A stretch of 64,000 nt of DNA from the NCBI GenBank assembly GCA_963735595.1, contig CAVTLK010000004.1, forward strand, positions 544,313 to 608,312, read 5' to 3'. Source of the stretch: an uncultured delta proteobacterium (GTDB taxonomy: Bacteria > Desulfobacterota > Zymogenia > Zymogenales > Zymogenaceae). Positions 23,374 to 35,067 of this stretch are shown here, piece after piece. Under the pieces are notes generated by a model, which was given only the letters and a program-made list of their open reading frames with translations, had not been told where the DNA came from and made no database searches. The translations under genes and the position numbers were made by a program. Position 1 is the first letter of the stretch. The number at the start of each line of letters is the position of its first letter.

Positions 23374-24573
23374 ATGGCAAAGAAGAAGTTTGAGCGGACC
23401 AAGCCACACGTGAACGTCGGGACGATCGGTCACATTGACCACGGCAAGACGACGTTGACGGCGGCGATTACGCGTGTGCTGGCGGCGCAGGGCAAGGGTT
23501 TTGCGGATTACGTACCGTTTGACCAGATTGACAAGGCGCCGGAGGAGAAGGAGCGTGGGATCACGATTGCGACGGCGCACGTAGAATACTCGACTGAGAA
23601 GCGGCACTATGCGCACGTGGACTGTCCCGGGCACGCGGACTATATCAAGAACATGATTACGGGCGCGGCGCAGATGGACGGTGCGATTTTGGTTGTTGGC
23701 GCCAACGACGGTCCGATGCCTCAGACGCGGGAGCACATATTGCTGGCGCGGCAGGTTGGCGTTCCGTACATGGTGGTATTTTTAAACAAGGTTGACATGG
23801 TTGACGATCCGGAGCTGATCGAGCTGGTAGAGCTGGAGCTTCGGGAGTTGTTGACTGCGTACGAGTTTCCGGGTGAGGAGATACCGATCATTCGGGGCAG
23901 TGCGTTGAAGGCATTGGAGAGCGGTGATCCGAATAGTCCGGACACGAAGTGCATATTCGAGTTACTGGACGCATTGGACAGCTACATTCCGGTGCCGGAG
24001 CGTCCGGTTGATAAGCCCTTCCTGATGCCGATCGAGGACGTATTTTCGATTTCGGGACGTGGGACGGTTGTGACGGGCCGTATTGACCGGGGTATTGTAA
24101 AGACGGGCGAGGAGGTAGAGATTGTTGGTATTCGTCCGACGGTCAAGACGGTATGCACGGGCGTGGAGATGTTCAGGAAGACGCTGGACGAGGGCCGCGC
24201 GGGGGACAACGTTGGGGTATTGCTGCGGGGCACGAAGCGGGACGATGTAGAGCGTGGGCAGGTTGTGGCCAAGCCGGGCAGCATCAAGCCGCATAAGAAG
24301 TTCAAGGCGTCGGTATATATATTGACGAAGGAAGAGGGTGGTCGCCACACGCCGTTTTTCCCCGGGTATCGTCCGCAGTTTTATTTTCGGACGACTGACG
24401 TGACGGGAGTGTGCACGTTGCCTGAGGGGACGGAGATGGTGATGCCGGGGGATAACACGAATTTGGCCATTGAGTTGATCACGCCGATCGCGATGGAGAA
24501 AGAGCTTCGATTCGCGATTCGCGAGGGCGGCAGGACCGTGGGCGCCGGCGTCGTCAGCGACATCATGGAGTAA
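23374..24573 (+). CDS. tuf: Elongation factor Tu, copy 2 (intact)
   Basis: 399-aa EF-Tu with all G motifs. Confidence 0.99.
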   Translation: MAKKKFERTKPHVNVGTIGHIDHGKTTLTAAITRVLAAQGKGFADYVPFDQIDKAPEEKERGITIATAHVEYSTEKRHYAHVDCPGHADYIKNMITGAAQMDGAILVVGANDGPMPQTREHILLARQVGVPYMVVFLNKVDMVDDPELIELVELELRELLTAYEFPGEEIPIIRGSALKALESGDPNSPDTKCIFELLDALDSYIPVPERPVDKPFLMPIEDVFSISGRGTVVTGRIDRGIVKTGEEVEIVGIRPTVKTVCTGVEMFRKTLDEGRAGDNVGVLLRGTKRDDVERGQVVAKPGSIKPHKKFKASVYILTKEEGGRHTPFFPGYRPQFYFRTTDVTGVCTLPEGTEMVMPGDNTNLAIELITPIAMEKELRFAIREGGRTVGAGVVSDIME

Positions 24574-24600
24574 GGCGACCTTTTTTGGAGGAATAGTCCA

Positions 24601-24909
24601 ATGCCCGCACAGAAGATACGGATCAGGCTTAAGGCCTACGATCATAAGCTCCTGGATCAATCGGCAGGCGAGATCATTGAAACCGCGCGCCGAACGGGAG
24701 CCAGGGTTGCCGGCCCCATTCCGCTGCCGACGGTGATAAATCGGTACTGCGTGTTGCGTTCTCCGCATATCGATAAGAAATCTCGTGAGCAGTTTGAAAT
24801 CAGGACTCATAAGCGGATACTTGATATTCTCGAACCAACCCAGCAGACGGTCGATGCCCTCATGAGACTTGACCTGTCGGCCGGCGTTAATGTTGAGATA
24901 AAACTATAA
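24601..24909 (+). CDS. rpsJ: 30S ribosomal protein S10
   Basis: [30 protein letters not shown]. Confidence 0.99.
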   Translation: MPAQKIRIRLKAYDHKLLDQSAGEIIETARRTGARVAGPIPLPTVINRYCVLRSPHIDKKSREQFEIRTHKRILDILEPTQQTVDALMRLDLSAGVNVEIKL

Positions 24910-24968
24910 ACCATACACCGGTGTCCGAACCGCCCGTCGGGCGGCGTCGGTAAGGGCCGGGAGGTGAC

Positions 24969-25598
24969 ATGGCTACTGGAATAATCGGTAAGAAACTCGG
25001 CATGACCCAGGTCTTCGACGAATCGGGAAACCACATACCCGTTACCGTCCTGGAGGCGGGTCCCTGTACCGTCGTGGACGTCAGGACTCCCAAGCGCAAC
25101 GGGTATGCGGCGGTGGCCCTCGGTTTCGGGAAAAAAGACCTCAAAAAGGTTAATAAACCGAAACGAGGACTCTTCGAAAAAGTCGGGAGTTCAGCCTTCG
25201 CGGTGGTCAAGGAATTCAGGATATCCGAAGACGGGATAGATGAATTCGCGCCGGGTCAGGAAATCACCGTCCAGATGTTCTCGATTGGACAGCTGGTCGA
25301 TGTGGTTGGTATCTCCAAGGGAAGGGGTTTTGCCGGCGTCGTTAAACGCTGGGGTTTCCACGGCGGCCGTGCGACTCATGGATCGCGCTTCCACCGGGCC
25401 CCGGGTTCCATCGGCATGTGCGCCGACCCGTCCAGGACATTCAAAGGGCGCAAGCTCCCCGGACACCTGGGGGATTCCCGGGTAACGGTCAAGGACCTCT
25501 CGATCGTGGATGTAAAACCCGAAAAGAATATCATCCTGATTAAGGGAGCAATCCCCGGAGCCAAGGATGGAATCGTATTTATTAAGGGAATTAGTTAA
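24969..25598 (+). CDS. rplC: 50S ribosomal protein L3
   Basis: GKKLGMTQVF, SKGRGFAGVVKR, HRAPGSIG. Confidence 0.99.
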   Translation: MATGIIGKKLGMTQVFDESGNHIPVTVLEAGPCTVVDVRTPKRNGYAAVALGFGKKDLKKVNKPKRGLFEKVGSSAFAVVKEFRISEDGIDEFAPGQEITVQMFSIGQLVDVVGISKGRGFAGVVKRWGFHGGRATHGSRFHRAPGSIGMCADPSRTFKGRKLPGHLGDSRVTVKDLSIVDVKPEKNIILIKGAIPGAKDGIVFIKGIS

Positions 25599-25612
25599 TC
25601 GGGAGATGACCC

Positions 25613-26233
25613 ATGTCAAAGATTGACGTATATAATTCGAATAAAGAGGTCGTCTCATCGGTCGAGTTGAATTCGGCCGTGTTCGGAGTCGAAGCCAAGG
25701 AGCATCTCTTCTGGGACGTAGTGAAGATGCAGCTGGCTAATCGGCGCAGCGGCACCGCTCGCACGAAAACGAGGGCGGAGGTCGCGGGCAGCGGCAAGAA
25801 ACCGTACCGGCAGAAGGGAACGGGACGCGCCCGGGCAGGATCCGTCACCTCTCCAATCTGGGTGGGCGGCGGCACCATATTCGGCCCAAAACCCCGGGAT
25901 CATTACTATAAGGTCCCTAAGAAGGTCAGGAAGGCGGCCCTCCGCAGCGCGCTGATAAAGAAGCTCTCCGATGGAAAGCTGACTGTTATAGAGTCCTTCG
26001 ATATCTCCGAGATCAAGACAAAGCGCTTTCTTGAGATTATAGGAAAGCTCGGTCTCTCAAAGGCCCTTATCGTCATTGCCGAGCACGACAAAAATCTTGA
26101 ATTATCGGCGCGCAATGTACGGGGGATAAAGATCCTGATGGCCGAGGGGCTCAACGTATTTGATATCCTGAAGTTTGATAACCTTGTGGTTACGCGTGGA
26201 GCGCTTGAAAACATACATAAGGCCCTGTCATGA
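25613..26233 (+). CDS. rplD: 50S ribosomal protein L4
   Basis: KPYRQKGTGRARAGS. Confidence 0.99.
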   Translation: MSKIDVYNSNKEVVSSVELNSAVFGVEAKEHLFWDVVKMQLANRRSGTARTKTRAEVAGSGKKPYRQKGTGRARAGSVTSPIWVGGGTIFGPKPRDHYYKVPKKVRKAALRSALIKKLSDGKLTVIESFDISEIKTKRFLEIIGKLGLSKALIVIAEHDKNLELSARNVRGIKILMAEGLNVFDILKFDNLVVTRGALENIHKALS

Positions 26234-26520
26234 AAAATCATTATGACGTGCTCCTGGAGCCGATCATCACCGAGAAAAGCAACATCCAGAAGGAAGAAGC
26301 ACAGCAGGTAACGTTCCGCGTCCCGCTCTGGGCGACGAAGATCGAGGTCAGGAAGGCCGTTGAGAAAATCTTCAACAAAAAGGTCGTTGAAGTCAAGACC
26401 GTTACGATGCGGGGTAAGACCAAGAGAGTCGGGCGTTCTCATGGGAAGCTTCCCGACTGGAAGAAGGCAATTGTCCGTCTCAAACCCGGGGAGCGTATCG
26501 ACTTCTTTGAGGGAGTATAA
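26230..26520 (+). CDS. rplW: 50S ribosomal protein L23
   Basis: PIITEKS, ATKIEVRKAVE, WKKAIVRL. Confidence 0.98.
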   Translation: MKNHYDVLLEPIITEKSNIQKEEAQQVTFRVPLWATKIEVRKAVEKIFNKKVVEVKTVTMRGKTKRVGRSHGKLPDWKKAIVRLKPGERIDFFEGV

Positions 26521-26526
26521 CCAGAC

Positions 26527-27348
26527 ATGACCGTTAAGAAATACAAGCCTACATCGCCCGGCAGGAGATTCCAGGAAGTCGCTGACTTTTCGGGATTGAC
26601 GAAGAAGGCACCTGAAAAAAGCCTCATCCAACCACTGAAGAGCTCCGGCGGAAGGAACAATGCCGGGACTATTACGATGCGGCGACGTGGCGACGGGCAC
26701 AAACGGCGCTACCGCATTATTGATTTCAAACGCGATAAGCGTGAAATTCCGGCAAAGGTGTTTTCTATCGAGTATGATCCGAACCGGTCGGCGCGTATCG
26801 CGCTGCTCCACTACGTGGATGGCGAGAAGCGCTACATCATCGCCCCGGTGGGGCTTTCGGTCGGAGAAGAGGTGGTCGTTTCCGAGACCGCGGAGATCAA
26901 GCCGGGTAACGCAATGCCTCTTAAGAATATCCCGCTCGGCACGCAGATCCACAACATCGAGCTCAAGCCGGGAAAGGGCGGGCAGATAGTCCGATCGGCG
27001 GGGGCCTCGGCCCAGCTTATGGCCAAGGAAGGTAATTACGTTCAGGTGAAGCTCCCCTCGGGGGAGGTTCGTCTGGTCCGAAAGGAATGCGTTGCGACGA
27101 TCGGCGTTGTCGGAAACGCCGACCACGGCAACATCAGCATTGGGAAGGCGGGGCGTTCCCGATGGCTCGGCAAGCGGCCGAAGGTACGGGGCGTGGCCAT
27201 GAACCCGATCGACCATCCCCATGGCGGCGGCGAGGGGAAGACCTCGGGTGGCAGACACCCGGTAACGCCCTGGGGCGTGCCTACCAAGGGGCACAAGACG
27301 CGTTCGAATAAAGAGACCGACCGGTATATCGTGAAGAGGAGAAGCTGA
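26527..27348 (+). CDS. rplB: 50S ribosomal protein L2
   Basis: [29 protein letters not shown]. Confidence 0.99.
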   Translation: MTVKKYKPTSPGRRFQEVADFSGLTKKAPEKSLIQPLKSSGGRNNAGTITMRRRGDGHKRRYRIIDFKRDKREIPAKVFSIEYDPNRSARIALLHYVDGEKRYIIAPVGLSVGEEVVVSETAEIKPGNAMPLKNIPLGTQIHNIELKPGKGGQIVRSAGASAQLMAKEGNYVQVKLPSGEVRLVRKECVATIGVVGNADHGNISIGKAGRSRWLGKRPKVRGVAMNPIDHPHGGGEGKTSGGRHPVTPWGVPTKGHKTRSNKETDRYIVKRRS

Positions 27349-27350
27349 GT

Positions 27351-27641
27351 ATGGCACGATCCCTCAAAAAAGGCCCATTTATCGACGACCATCTCATGAA
27401 GAAGGTCACCGTGTCGCAGAATACCGGTGATCGCCAGGTCATCAAAACATGGTCCCGGCGTTCAACAGTTATTCCGGAGATGGTAGGGCTGACGATTGCG
27501 ATTCACAACGGGAGGAAGTTCATCCCTGTATTCATCACCGAGAATATGGTGGGCTATAAACTGGGAGAATTTTCGCCGACTCGGACCTTCTTCGGACATG
27601 CCGCAGATAAGAAGGCGAAACTCCGGGGCAAAAAGAGATAG
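27351..27641 (+). CDS. rpsS: 30S ribosomal protein S19
   Basis: [23 protein letters not shown]. Confidence 0.99.
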   Translation: MARSLKKGPFIDDHLMKKVTVSQNTGDRQVIKTWSRRSTVIPEMVGLTIAIHNGRKFIPVFITENMVGYKLGEFSPTRTFFGHAADKKAKLRGKKR

Positions 27642-27653
27642 GGGCGCAGGACG

Positions 27654-27986
27654 ATGGAAATGACGGCTAAGACACGATTCGTGAGGATCTCTCCCTATAA
27701 GGTAAGGCTGGTGGCCGACATGGTCCGGGGCAAGCCCGTCGGTATAGCGCGGGATCTCCTCAACCTAACCGACAAAAAGGCTTCGGCCCTCGTCAAGAAA
27801 TTGATCGACAGCGCCGTGGCCAACGCCGGCCAGAATAAAGAAATCGACGTCGATAATCTCTACGTCGGTCGGATTTTCGTCGATCAGGGACCCTCGTGGA
27901 AACGATTTCGTCCACGCTCGATGGGGAGATTCAACCGTATTTTGAAAAGAACGAGCCACATTACCGTGGTTCTCGAAGAGAAATAA
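27654..27986 (+). CDS. rplV: 50S ribosomal protein L22
   Basis: [26 protein letters not shown]. Confidence 0.98.
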   Translation: MEMTAKTRFVRISPYKVRLVADMVRGKPVGIARDLLNLTDKKASALVKKLIDSAVANAGQNKEIDVDNLYVGRIFVDQGPSWKRFRPRSMGRFNRILKRTSHITVVLEEK

Positions 27987-27999
27987 CTGGAGGAAAGCT

Positions 28000-28647
28000 G
28001 TGGGTCATAAGGTTAATCCCATCGGATTAAGGCTCGGTATCATTCGCGACTGGAATTCGAAATGGTACGGCATGAAGGATTATCAGAAGAACCTCCATGA
28101 TGACATTGCCATACGCAAGTATATTAAGAAAAATTTCTATCACGCCGGCATCGCAAAGATAGAAATAGAGCGGGCCGCGTCCAAGGCGTCGGTTAATATC
28201 TATACGGCCCGCCCCGGCATCATCATCGGCAGGAAAGGTTCAGAGATCGAGAACATCCGCAAGGGCCTTGTCAAGGTGACCGGTAACGACATCTCCATAA
28301 ATATCAAGGAAATCAAGAAACCGGAAACGAATGCGCAGTTAATAGCGGAAAACGTTGCCACCCAGCTCGAACGCCGGGTTTCCTTCCGTCGCGCCATGAA
28401 GAAATCGGTATTTGGCGCGCTGAAGCTCGGCGTAGAGGGTATAAAAATCGCCTGTGCCGGCCGACTCGGAGGGGCGGAAATGGCCCGCCGGGAATGGTAC
28501 CGGGAAGGGCGGGTGCCGCTTCACACGCTTCGGGCGGATATCGATTACGGTACGGCCATAGCCCAAACGACGTACGGGATCATCGGAATAAAGGTTTGGG
28601 TGTTCAATGGCGAGGTGCTCCCCGGTGATAAGGCGCGTCCCCTGTAG
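28000..28647 (+). CDS. rpsC: 30S ribosomal protein S3
   Basis: [29 protein letters not shown] start. Confidence 0.99.
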   Translation: MGHKVNPIGLRLGIIRDWNSKWYGMKDYQKNLHDDIAIRKYIKKNFYHAGIAKIEIERAASKASVNIYTARPGIIIGRKGSEIENIRKGLVKVTGNDISINIKEIKKPETNAQLIAENVATQLERRVSFRRAMKKSVFGALKLGVEGIKIACAGRLGGAEMARREWYREGRVPLHTLRADIDYGTAIAQTTYGIIGIKVWVFNGEVLPGDKARPL

Positions 28648-28659
28648 GAGGAATAGACC

Positions 28660-29082
28660 ATGTTAATGCCCAAGAAAGTAAAATACAGAAAGCAGCAGAA
28701 GGGACGTATGACAGGTGTCCGTACCAGGGGAGCGACCATCAGCTTCGGTGAATACGGTCTCCAGGTTTTGGTTCCCGGAAGGATCACGGCCCGGCAGATA
28801 GAAGCCGCTCGTATCGCCATGACGCGGTACATCAAGAGGGGCGGAAAGATCTGGATTCGCATCTTTCCCGATAAGCCGGTCTGCAAAAAACCCGCAGAGA
28901 CCCGCATGGGAAAGGGTAAGGGAAGCGTCGAGGAATGGGTGGTCGTCGTAAGACCCGGAAGGATTCTCTATGAAATGGAAGGGGTAAGCGAGGAACAGGC
29001 GCGAGAGGCCCTGCGGCTGGCCGCGCGCAAACTGCCGCTTGCAACCCGGTTCGTCTCAAGGAGCACGGAATATGAAGGCTAG
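28660..29082 (+). CDS. rplP: 50S ribosomal protein L16
   Basis: [18 protein letters not shown]. Confidence 0.99.
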   Translation: MLMPKKVKYRKQQKGRMTGVRTRGATISFGEYGLQVLVPGRITARQIEAARIAMTRYIKRGGKIWIRIFPDKPVCKKPAETRMGKGKGSVEEWVVVVRPGRILYEMEGVSEEQAREALRLAARKLPLATRFVSRSTEYEG

Positions 29083-29278
29083 CGAATTGAGGGATTTATC
29101 GGTCGGGGAACTCAAGGAGCGCCACCTTACGCTGGCCCAGGAGGTTTTCAACCTGAGGTTTCAGCGGGCGGCCAACCAACTTGAAGATAAACGCAAGATC
29201 AGGAATACTCGCAAAGAGATAGCCCGTGTGTTGACCGTGATCGCCCAGAAGGAGCGGTCCGAGGGAGGGGATGCATAA
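29072..29278 (+). CDS. rpmC: 50S ribosomal protein L29
   Basis: [33 protein letters not shown] before ATG 29072. Confidence 0.97.
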   Translation: MKASELRDLSVGELKERHLTLAQEVFNLRFQRAANQLEDKRKIRNTRKEIARVLTVIAQKERSEGGDA

Positions 29279-29537
29279 GATGGAAACGCAGTTAAAACGC
29301 AGAACCCTCACGGGCACGGTGGTGAGCGATAAGATGGAAAAGACCATCGTCGTCCAGGTCGAGCGAACGGTTATGCACGCGAAGTATAAGAAATACATCA
29401 ACAGACGCGATAAATATATGGCCCACGATCCCGAGGGTCAGTGCGGCATAGGTGATCTGGTCGTGATTATGGAGAGTCGACCGTTGAGCAGGCACAAACG
29501 CTGGGTGCTCAAGGATGTGCTACAAAAGGCGGTGTAA
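29271..29537 (+). CDS. rpsQ: 30S ribosomal protein S17 (alternative start 29280)
   Basis: GTVVSDKMEKTIVV, ESRPLSRHKRW. Confidence 0.97.
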   Translation: MHKMETQLKRRTLTGTVVSDKMEKTIVVQVERTVMHAKYKKYINRRDKYMAHDPEGQCGIGDLVVIMESRPLSRHKRWVLKDVLQKAV

Positions 29538-29557
29538 GCCCGCGCGAGGGATAAGAA

Positions 29558-29926
29558 ATGATACAGATGCAGACGTTGCTCAATGTTGCCGACAACTCCG
29601 GCGCCCGCAAACTATACACGATTAAGGTCCTCGGCGGATCGAAACGGAAATACGCCGCCCTCGGTGACGTGGTGACGGTATCCGTGAGAGAGGCCATACC
29701 GACCGGAAAGGTGAAAAAGGGAGAGGTACTCAAAGCCGTGATCGTTCGAACGAAGAAGGAAGTCAGAAGGCAGGACGGCACGTATATAAAGTTCGACGAT
29801 AACTCGGCAGTCCTCATTAATAATCAGAATGAGCCGATCGGGACGCGTATATTTGGACCCGTAGCGCGAGAGCTTCGCGCGAAAAGGTTCATGAAGATCG
29901 TATCTCTGGCGCCCGAGGTCTTATGA
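29558..29926 (+). CDS. rplN: 50S ribosomal protein L14
   Basis: [21 protein letters not shown]. Confidence 0.99.
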   Translation: MIQMQTLLNVADNSGARKLYTIKVLGGSKRKYAALGDVVTVSVREAIPTGKVKKGEVLKAVIVRTKKEVRRQDGTYIKFDDNSAVLINNQNEPIGTRIFGPVARELRAKRFMKIVSLAPEVL

Positions 29927-29940
29927 TAAGGGAGGGATCG

Positions 29941-30273
29941 GTGGACACCGTCAAGACCAAGATTAAGAAAAATGATATCGTTCAGGTCATCTCGGGCAAG
30001 CAGAAGGGCGAAAAGGGGAAGGTGTTGAAAGTCGACCGCGAGAAGGGCCGAATCTTCGTAGAGAAGGTGAACGTTATCAAGAGGCACCTTAGGCCGAGTG
30101 CTGCTCACCGGCAGGGTGGTATCGTTGAAAAGGAAGGGGCCGTTAATATTTCCAATGTTATGCTCCTTTGCCCGAAGTGCAAGCTTCCGACCAAGGTCGG
30201 AACGCGGCTTCTCGAAGACAGTTCCAAGGTTCGAATCTGCAAGAAGTGTGATGAAATACTTGATGATAAGTAA
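29941..30273 (+). CDS. rplX: 50S ribosomal protein L24
   Basis: [22 protein letters not shown] start after GGGAGG; CxxC..CxxC C-terminus. Confidence 0.97.
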   Translation: MDTVKTKIKKNDIVQVISGKQKGEKGKVLKVDREKGRIFVEKVNVIKRHLRPSAAHRQGGIVEKEGAVNISNVMLLCPKCKLPTKVGTRLLEDSSKVRICKKCDEILDDK

Positions 30274-30284
30274 ATGGTGATTGT

Positions 30285-30827
30285 ATGGCTCGTTTGAAGG
30301 ACTACTACAAGAAAGAGATTGTTCCGCGCTTAACCAAGGATTTTGCGTACAAGAACGTCATGCAGGTGCCCAAGATCACCAAGATCGTCGTGAATATGGG
30401 ATTGGGCGAGGCGCTCTCAAACATCAAGATCCTCGACAGCGCGTCCGAAGAGATCTCTCTGATAACCGGGCAGCGGCCCATTATCACTAAGGCTCGCAGA
30501 TCGGTCGCGAATTTCAAGCTGCGCGAGGGCAACCCGATCGGCTGTGCGGTGACGCTGAGAAGGGAAAAGATGTATGAGTTTCTCGATAGGCTGGTCAACG
30601 TGGCCCTCCCGCGCGTTAGGGACTTTAGGGGGATATCCCCCAAAGGGTTCGACGGAAGGGGAAACTACACCTTCGGGATCAAAGAACAGATTATATTCCC
30701 CGAGATCAGCTACGACAAGATAGATAAGATCAAGGGAATGAATATCACCGTTGTCACCACCGCTAAAACGGATGAAGAGGCGCGGTCCCTGTTGAGATAT
30801 CTCGGCATGCCCTTTGCCGGATCATAA
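30285..30827 (+). CDS. rplE: 50S ribosomal protein L5
   Basis: [26 protein letters not shown]. Confidence 0.99.
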   Translation: MARLKDYYKKEIVPRLTKDFAYKNVMQVPKITKIVVNMGLGEALSNIKILDSASEEISLITGQRPIITKARRSVANFKLREGNPIGCAVTLRREKMYEFLDRLVNVALPRVRDFRGISPKGFDGRGNYTFGIKEQIIFPEISYDKIDKIKGMNITVVTTAKTDEEARSLLRYLGMPFAGS

Positions 30828-30845
30828 AAAAAGAGGAGATGTTCT

Positions 30846-31031
30846 GTGGCAAAGAAGTCACTGATCGCCAAAGCGAAACGGAAACCAAAGTTTTCCTCAA
30901 GACGGTATAATAGATGCCCCATCTGCGGGCGGCCGCGGGGATATCACCGGAAGTTCGATATGTGTCGTATCTGCCTGAGGCTGTATGCTTCCAAGGGTGA
31001 TATTCCCGGTGTAATAAAATCGAGCTGGTAA
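30846..31031 (+). CDS. rpsN: 30S ribosomal protein S14, type Z (Zn-binding)
   Basis: 61 aa, [14 protein letters not shown]. Confidence 0.98.
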   Translation: MAKKSLIAKAKRKPKFSSRRYNRCPICGRPRGYHRKFDMCRICLRLYASKGDIPGVIKSSW

Positions 31032-31047
31032 GAGTGAGGAGTGAGCG

Positions 31048-31443
31048 ATGATAACGGACCCGATCGCCGATATGCTGACCCGCATCAGGAATGGCGTTAA
31101 AGCGAAATTTGAAGTTGTTGACATTCCGTCTTCGAAGATAAAAGAATCGATAGCCAAGTTACTGGTGCAGGAAGGGTATGTCGAGAGCTATAAAGTCTTG
31201 GAAGACAACAAACAAAATATCCTTCGGATACACCTCAAGTACGACCGGGGGAAAGACGGAGCCATAAACAAGGTTATACGTGTTTCGAAACCGGGTCGCA
31301 GGGTCTACGTCGATAAAGACGAAATCCCCATGGTCTTACGGGGGTACGGGATCGCAATTCTCTCTACCTCGCGGGGCGTTATTACCGACAAGGAAGCGCG
31401 GAAAGCCGGGATCGGCGGCGAAGTGATCTGTAAGATCTGGTAA
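31048..31443 (+). CDS. rpsH: 30S ribosomal protein S8
   Basis: [26 protein letters not shown]. Confidence 0.99.
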   Translation: MITDPIADMLTRIRNGVKAKFEVVDIPSSKIKESIAKLLVQEGYVESYKVLEDNKQNILRIHLKYDRGKDGAINKVIRVSKPGRRVYVDKDEIPMVLRGYGIAILSTSRGVITDKEARKAGIGGEVICKIW

Positions 31444-31521
31444 GGTGGGCCGATAGCGATTTACGGGTGGTCCTGTGGAGACCAACCCATCACTCATAGC
31501 GCACGAGTCAAAAGGTATACC

Positions 31522-32058
31522 ATGTCACGAATTGGAAAAAAGCCGATTACGATACCATCGGGCGTCACAATCGAGGTCTCGGGTTCCGATGTTACCGTCA
31601 CCGGTCCCAAGGGAAGCCTCAAACAGGCTGTTGTTTCCGGGATAAAGGTCGAGATTCACGAAAACGAGCTTTCGGTCATCGCGGAAAACCAGTCGCGAAA
31701 GGTCCGGTCGTTTCAGGGGCTGACCCGATCGCTCCTGGCGAACATGATACAGGGCGTCTCTGAGGGGGTCAAGAAGGTCCTCGAGATCAGCGGATTGGGC
31801 TATAAGGCGGAGTTAGATGGAAATACTCTCGTCCTTAACGTGGGGTATTCCCACGCGGTTCGATTCGACCTGCCGGAAGGGATAACGGCCGCCATTGAGA
31901 AGAACACCGTTGTCACGCTTTCCGGGATTGATAAGCAGATGGTCGGCCAGGTTGCCGCGAATATACGGGCGGTCAGAAAACCCGAGCCCTATAAGGGTAA
32001 GGGGATACGATACGCCAATGAGAAAATCAGGAGAAAAGCCGGTAAGGCCGGAGCATAA
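31522..32058 (+). CDS. rplF: 50S ribosomal protein L6
   Basis: [20 protein letters not shown]. Confidence 0.99.
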   Translation: MSRIGKKPITIPSGVTIEVSGSDVTVTGPKGSLKQAVVSGIKVEIHENELSVIAENQSRKVRSFQGLTRSLLANMIQGVSEGVKKVLEISGLGYKAELDGNTLVLNVGYSHAVRFDLPEGITAAIEKNTVVTLSGIDKQMVGQVAANIRAVRKPEPYKGKGIRYANEKIRRKAGKAGA

Positions 32059-32069
32059 GGAGTCATACA

Positions 32070-32438
32070 GTGAAGCGGTTATCGAAGCGGGTTTTTGGGC
32101 GTATTAGACGTAGAAAACGGATCAGATTAAAAATCAAGGGAACCCCCGAGCAACCGAGACTTTCGGTATTTCGGAGTGCACGGCACATATATGCGCAGAT
32201 TGTCGATGATGTGGCCAGTGTGACATTGGTTTGCGCATCGAGTCTTGATAAGGAACTGGCCGGTAAAATCAAGACAGGTGGAAACAAGGATGGCTCCAAG
32301 CAGGTAGGGATGCTTCTTGCCAAGAAGGCCAAGGCCGCGGGGATCAAAAAGGTTGTCTTTGATCGGGGCGGGTATCTCTACCACGGAAGGGTCCAGGCGT
32401 TGGCCGAGGCGGCGCGGGAAGGTGGCCTTGAGTTCTGA
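32070..32438 (+). CDS. rplR: 50S ribosomal protein L18
   Basis: [25 protein letters not shown]. Confidence 0.99.
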   Translation: MKRLSKRVFGRIRRRKRIRLKIKGTPEQPRLSVFRSARHIYAQIVDDVASVTLVCASSLDKELAGKIKTGGNKDGSKQVGMLLAKKAKAAGIKKVVFDRGGYLYHGRVQALAEAAREGGLEF

Positions 32439-32457
32439 CAGTATCGGAGAATAATAG

Positions 32458-32964
32458 ATGTCTTTTACACCAACAGAACAGGAATTTGTCGATCGGGTTG
32501 TCCACATCAACAGGGTAGCCAAGGTCGTCAAGGGCGGGAGGCGCTTTTCCTTCTCGGCGATCGTTGTCGTCGGAGACGGTAACGGAAGGGTAGGCTGGGG
32601 CATGGGAAAGGCCCACGAGGTCCCCGACGCAATCAGAAAGGGAGTCGAAAAAGCCAAGAAGAATATGATCACTGTTCCGATCATCAACTCGACCATCCCC
32701 TATGACGTGATCGGAAAATTCGGCTCCGGGAAGGTCCTCCTGATGCCGGCAAGGGAAGGTACCGGGATAATCGCAGGCGGCGCCGTCCGGGCGGTCGTCG
32801 AGACGGCGGGGATTAAGAATATCCTCACCAAGTGTCTCGGTTCTCATAATCCCCACAATCTGGTAAAGGCCACGATCAAGGGTCTCAGTGACCTGAAACA
32901 TCCGGAAGAAATCGCGCGATCGCGGGGAAAATCGTTGAACGATTTGCGCCAGGAGACAAGGTAA
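32458..32964 (+). CDS. rpsE: 30S ribosomal protein S5
   Basis: [22 protein letters not shown]. Confidence 0.99.
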   Translation: MSFTPTEQEFVDRVVHINRVAKVVKGGRRFSFSAIVVVGDGNGRVGWGMGKAHEVPDAIRKGVEKAKKNMITVPIINSTIPYDVIGKFGSGKVLLMPAREGTGIIAGGAVRAVVETAGIKNILTKCLGSHNPHNLVKATIKGLSDLKHPEEIARSRGKSLNDLRQETR

Positions 32965-32965
32965 A

Positions 32966-33157
32966 ATGGCAATAGAGAAGAAGACCGTGAGGGTCAAGCA
33001 GATCAGAAGCGGCATCGGAAGGCCCCTCAAGCATAAGATAATTCTCAAGGCCATGGGACTGGGGAAGATGAACCGAATCGTTGAGCTTCCCGATACGCCC
33101 GAGACTTGGGGGATGATTCACAAGATATCTCACCTCGTAGAGGTAGAGGAGCGATAG
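32966..33157 (+). CDS. rpmD: 50S ribosomal protein L30
   Basis: VKQIRSGIGR..LGL..DTPE..GMI.K..HLV. Confidence 0.96.
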   Translation: MAIEKKTVRVKQIRSGIGRPLKHKIILKAMGLGKMNRIVELPDTPETWGMIHKISHLVEVEER

Positions 33158-33160
33158 ACT

Positions 33161-33598
33161 ATGGACCTCGATACCCTCAAACCCCCGAAGGGGGCGGTAA
33201 AAAATAAGAAACGGATCGGCAGGGGAGAAGGAAGCTGGGGAAAGACCGCGGGCAAGGGACACAAAGGCCAGAAAGCCCGGTCCAGCCCGGCCATAAGACC
33301 CGGATTCGAGGGAGGGCAGATGCCCCTGGCCCGGAGGCTCCCCAAGCGCGGTTTCACGAACATCTTTAGGAAAGAGTATGCGATACTCAACCTAAAGGAC
33401 CTCGAGAAGCTCGAGGTCAAGGGAGTAGTTGATATACCGGCGCTGGCGGCCGCCAAGAAGATCAAACCGGGGAAAAACGGCGTAAAGATTCTGGGAGTGG
33501 GCGAGGTAAAGAAGGCATTGACGGTAAAGGCCCATAAGTTCTCGGCTGCCGCAAAACAGAAGATCGAAGCCGGCGGCGGCACGGTGGAGGAGATTTAA
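33161..33598 (+). CDS. rplO: 50S ribosomal protein L15
   Basis: [23 protein letters not shown]. Confidence 0.99.
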   Translation: MDLDTLKPPKGAVKNKKRIGRGEGSWGKTAGKGHKGQKARSSPAIRPGFEGGQMPLARRLPKRGFTNIFRKEYAILNLKDLEKLEVKGVVDIPALAAAKKIKPGKNGVKILGVGEVKKALTVKAHKFSAAAKQKIEAGGGTVEEI

Positions 33599-33599
33599 C

Positions 33600-34928
33600 G
33601 TGGCCCAAGGATTCACGAATATCTTCAAGATCCCCGAGCTGAAGAACCGAATACTTATTACCCTGTTTTTGTTAGCGGTGTATCGGATTGGGGTGCATGT
33701 CCCGACGCCGGGTATCGACGCCGCGGCGCTGAGGAGCTTCTTTGATAGCGCCCAGGGAACGCTGCTTGGATTCTTTGATATGTTCTCCGGCGGGGGACTG
33801 AGGAACCTGTCGGTCTTCGCCCTCGGGATCATGCCCTACATCAGCGCATCGATTATCCTGCAGCTCCTTACGGTGGTCGTGCCCCACCTTGAAAGACTGG
33901 CCAAGGAAGGAGAGGCAGGCAGGAAAAAGATCACACAATACACCCGGTATGGGACGGTTGTCCTGTCGGCGGTCCAGGCCTTCGGCATCAGCTTCGGGCT
34001 GGAGCAGATGCAAAGCCCGATCGGCGATCCGGTTGTCCTCGACCCGGGTTGGTCATTTCGGATCATGACGATTATTACGCTGACGGCCGGAACCGCATTC
34101 ATTATGTGGCTGGGAGAACAGATAACCGAGCGGGGGATCGGAAACGGCATCTCGCTGATTATCTTCGCGGGTATCGTGGCGCGTATGCCGGCCTCTATTA
34201 TACTTTCGTTCAAGATGATCCAGAACGAAGAAATCGGCATCCTCGTGTTTCTGGGAGTAATCGCCATGATGGTAGTGGTCGTGGCGGCTATCATATTTAT
34301 GGAGCGGGGGCAGCGGAGACTGCCCGTCCAGTACGCAAAACGAGTAGTCGGTCGAAAGATGTACGGCGGTTCAAGCACGCACCTGCCTTTGAGGATAAAT
34401 ACGGCCGGGGTTATACCGCCGATCTTCGCGTCGTCGATCCTGATGTTCCCGCTGACGATCGCGAACTTCTTCCCTTCGGAAACGATCCAGCAGCACAAGT
34501 GGCTTGAATTTTTGGTCAATAGCTTTTCTCCGACACATCTGATCTATAACGCTATTTATGTCCTGCTGATTATCTTTTTCTGCTATTTCTACACGGCCGT
34601 CACCTTCAACCCGGTGGACGTGGCCGATAACATGAAACGCTACGGCGGCTTTATCCCGGGGATCAGGCCGGGGAAGCGAACGTCCGAATACATCGACAGG
34701 GTACTGACCCGCATTACGCTTGTCGGGGCGCTCTATGTTTCGGCGGTCTGCGTTTTGCCGACGATCCTGATCGCCTACTTTAAGGTCCCCTTCTACTTCG
34801 GGGGTACGGCGCTCCTGATTGTGGTCGGTGTGGCGATGGACACCGCCCAGCAGATCGAAACCCATATGATTACCAGGAACTATGAAGGGTTCCTCAAAAA
34901 GGGAAGGCTCAAAGGAAGGCGGGGGTAA
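33600..34928 (+). CDS. secY: Preprotein translocase SecY
   Basis: [38 protein letters not shown]. Confidence 0.99.
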   Translation: MAQGFTNIFKIPELKNRILITLFLLAVYRIGVHVPTPGIDAAALRSFFDSAQGTLLGFFDMFSGGGLRNLSVFALGIMPYISASIILQLLTVVVPHLERLAKEGEAGRKKITQYTRYGTVVLSAVQAFGISFGLEQMQSPIGDPVVLDPGWSFRIMTIITLTAGTAFIMWLGEQITERGIGNGISLIIFAGIVARMPASIILSFKMIQNEEIGILVFLGVIAMMVVVVAAIIFMERGQRRLPVQYAKRVVGRKMYGGSSTHLPLRINTAGVIPPIFASSILMFPLTIANFFPSETIQQHKWLEFLVNSFSPTHLIYNAIYVLLIIFFCYFYTAVTFNPVDVADNMKRYGGFIPGIRPGKRTSEYIDRVLTRITLVGALYVSAVCVLPTILIAYFKVPFYFGGTALLIVVGVAMDTAQQIETHMITRNYEGFLKKGRLKGRRG

Positions 34929-35067
34929 CCGACGGCACCGGGGCGTCCGACGATAGCGGCGGACCTTGCTCCCTGAGGGACATAGGGCTGCACCGAGGGA
35001 ATGCCACGACATGAATACTTGCACTACTATTGAATTACTATAGTTCTTCCAGAGGGATGACAAGACG

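Noticed and set aside
21438..27357. Long antisense ORFs (e.g. 21438-22679, 25906-27357, also 61278-62588)
   Set aside because: Shadows of conserved sense genes in GC-rich DNA; no recognisable motifs
35019..35044. Internal adk promoter TTGCAC...TATAGT
   Set aside because: Spacer is only 14 nt
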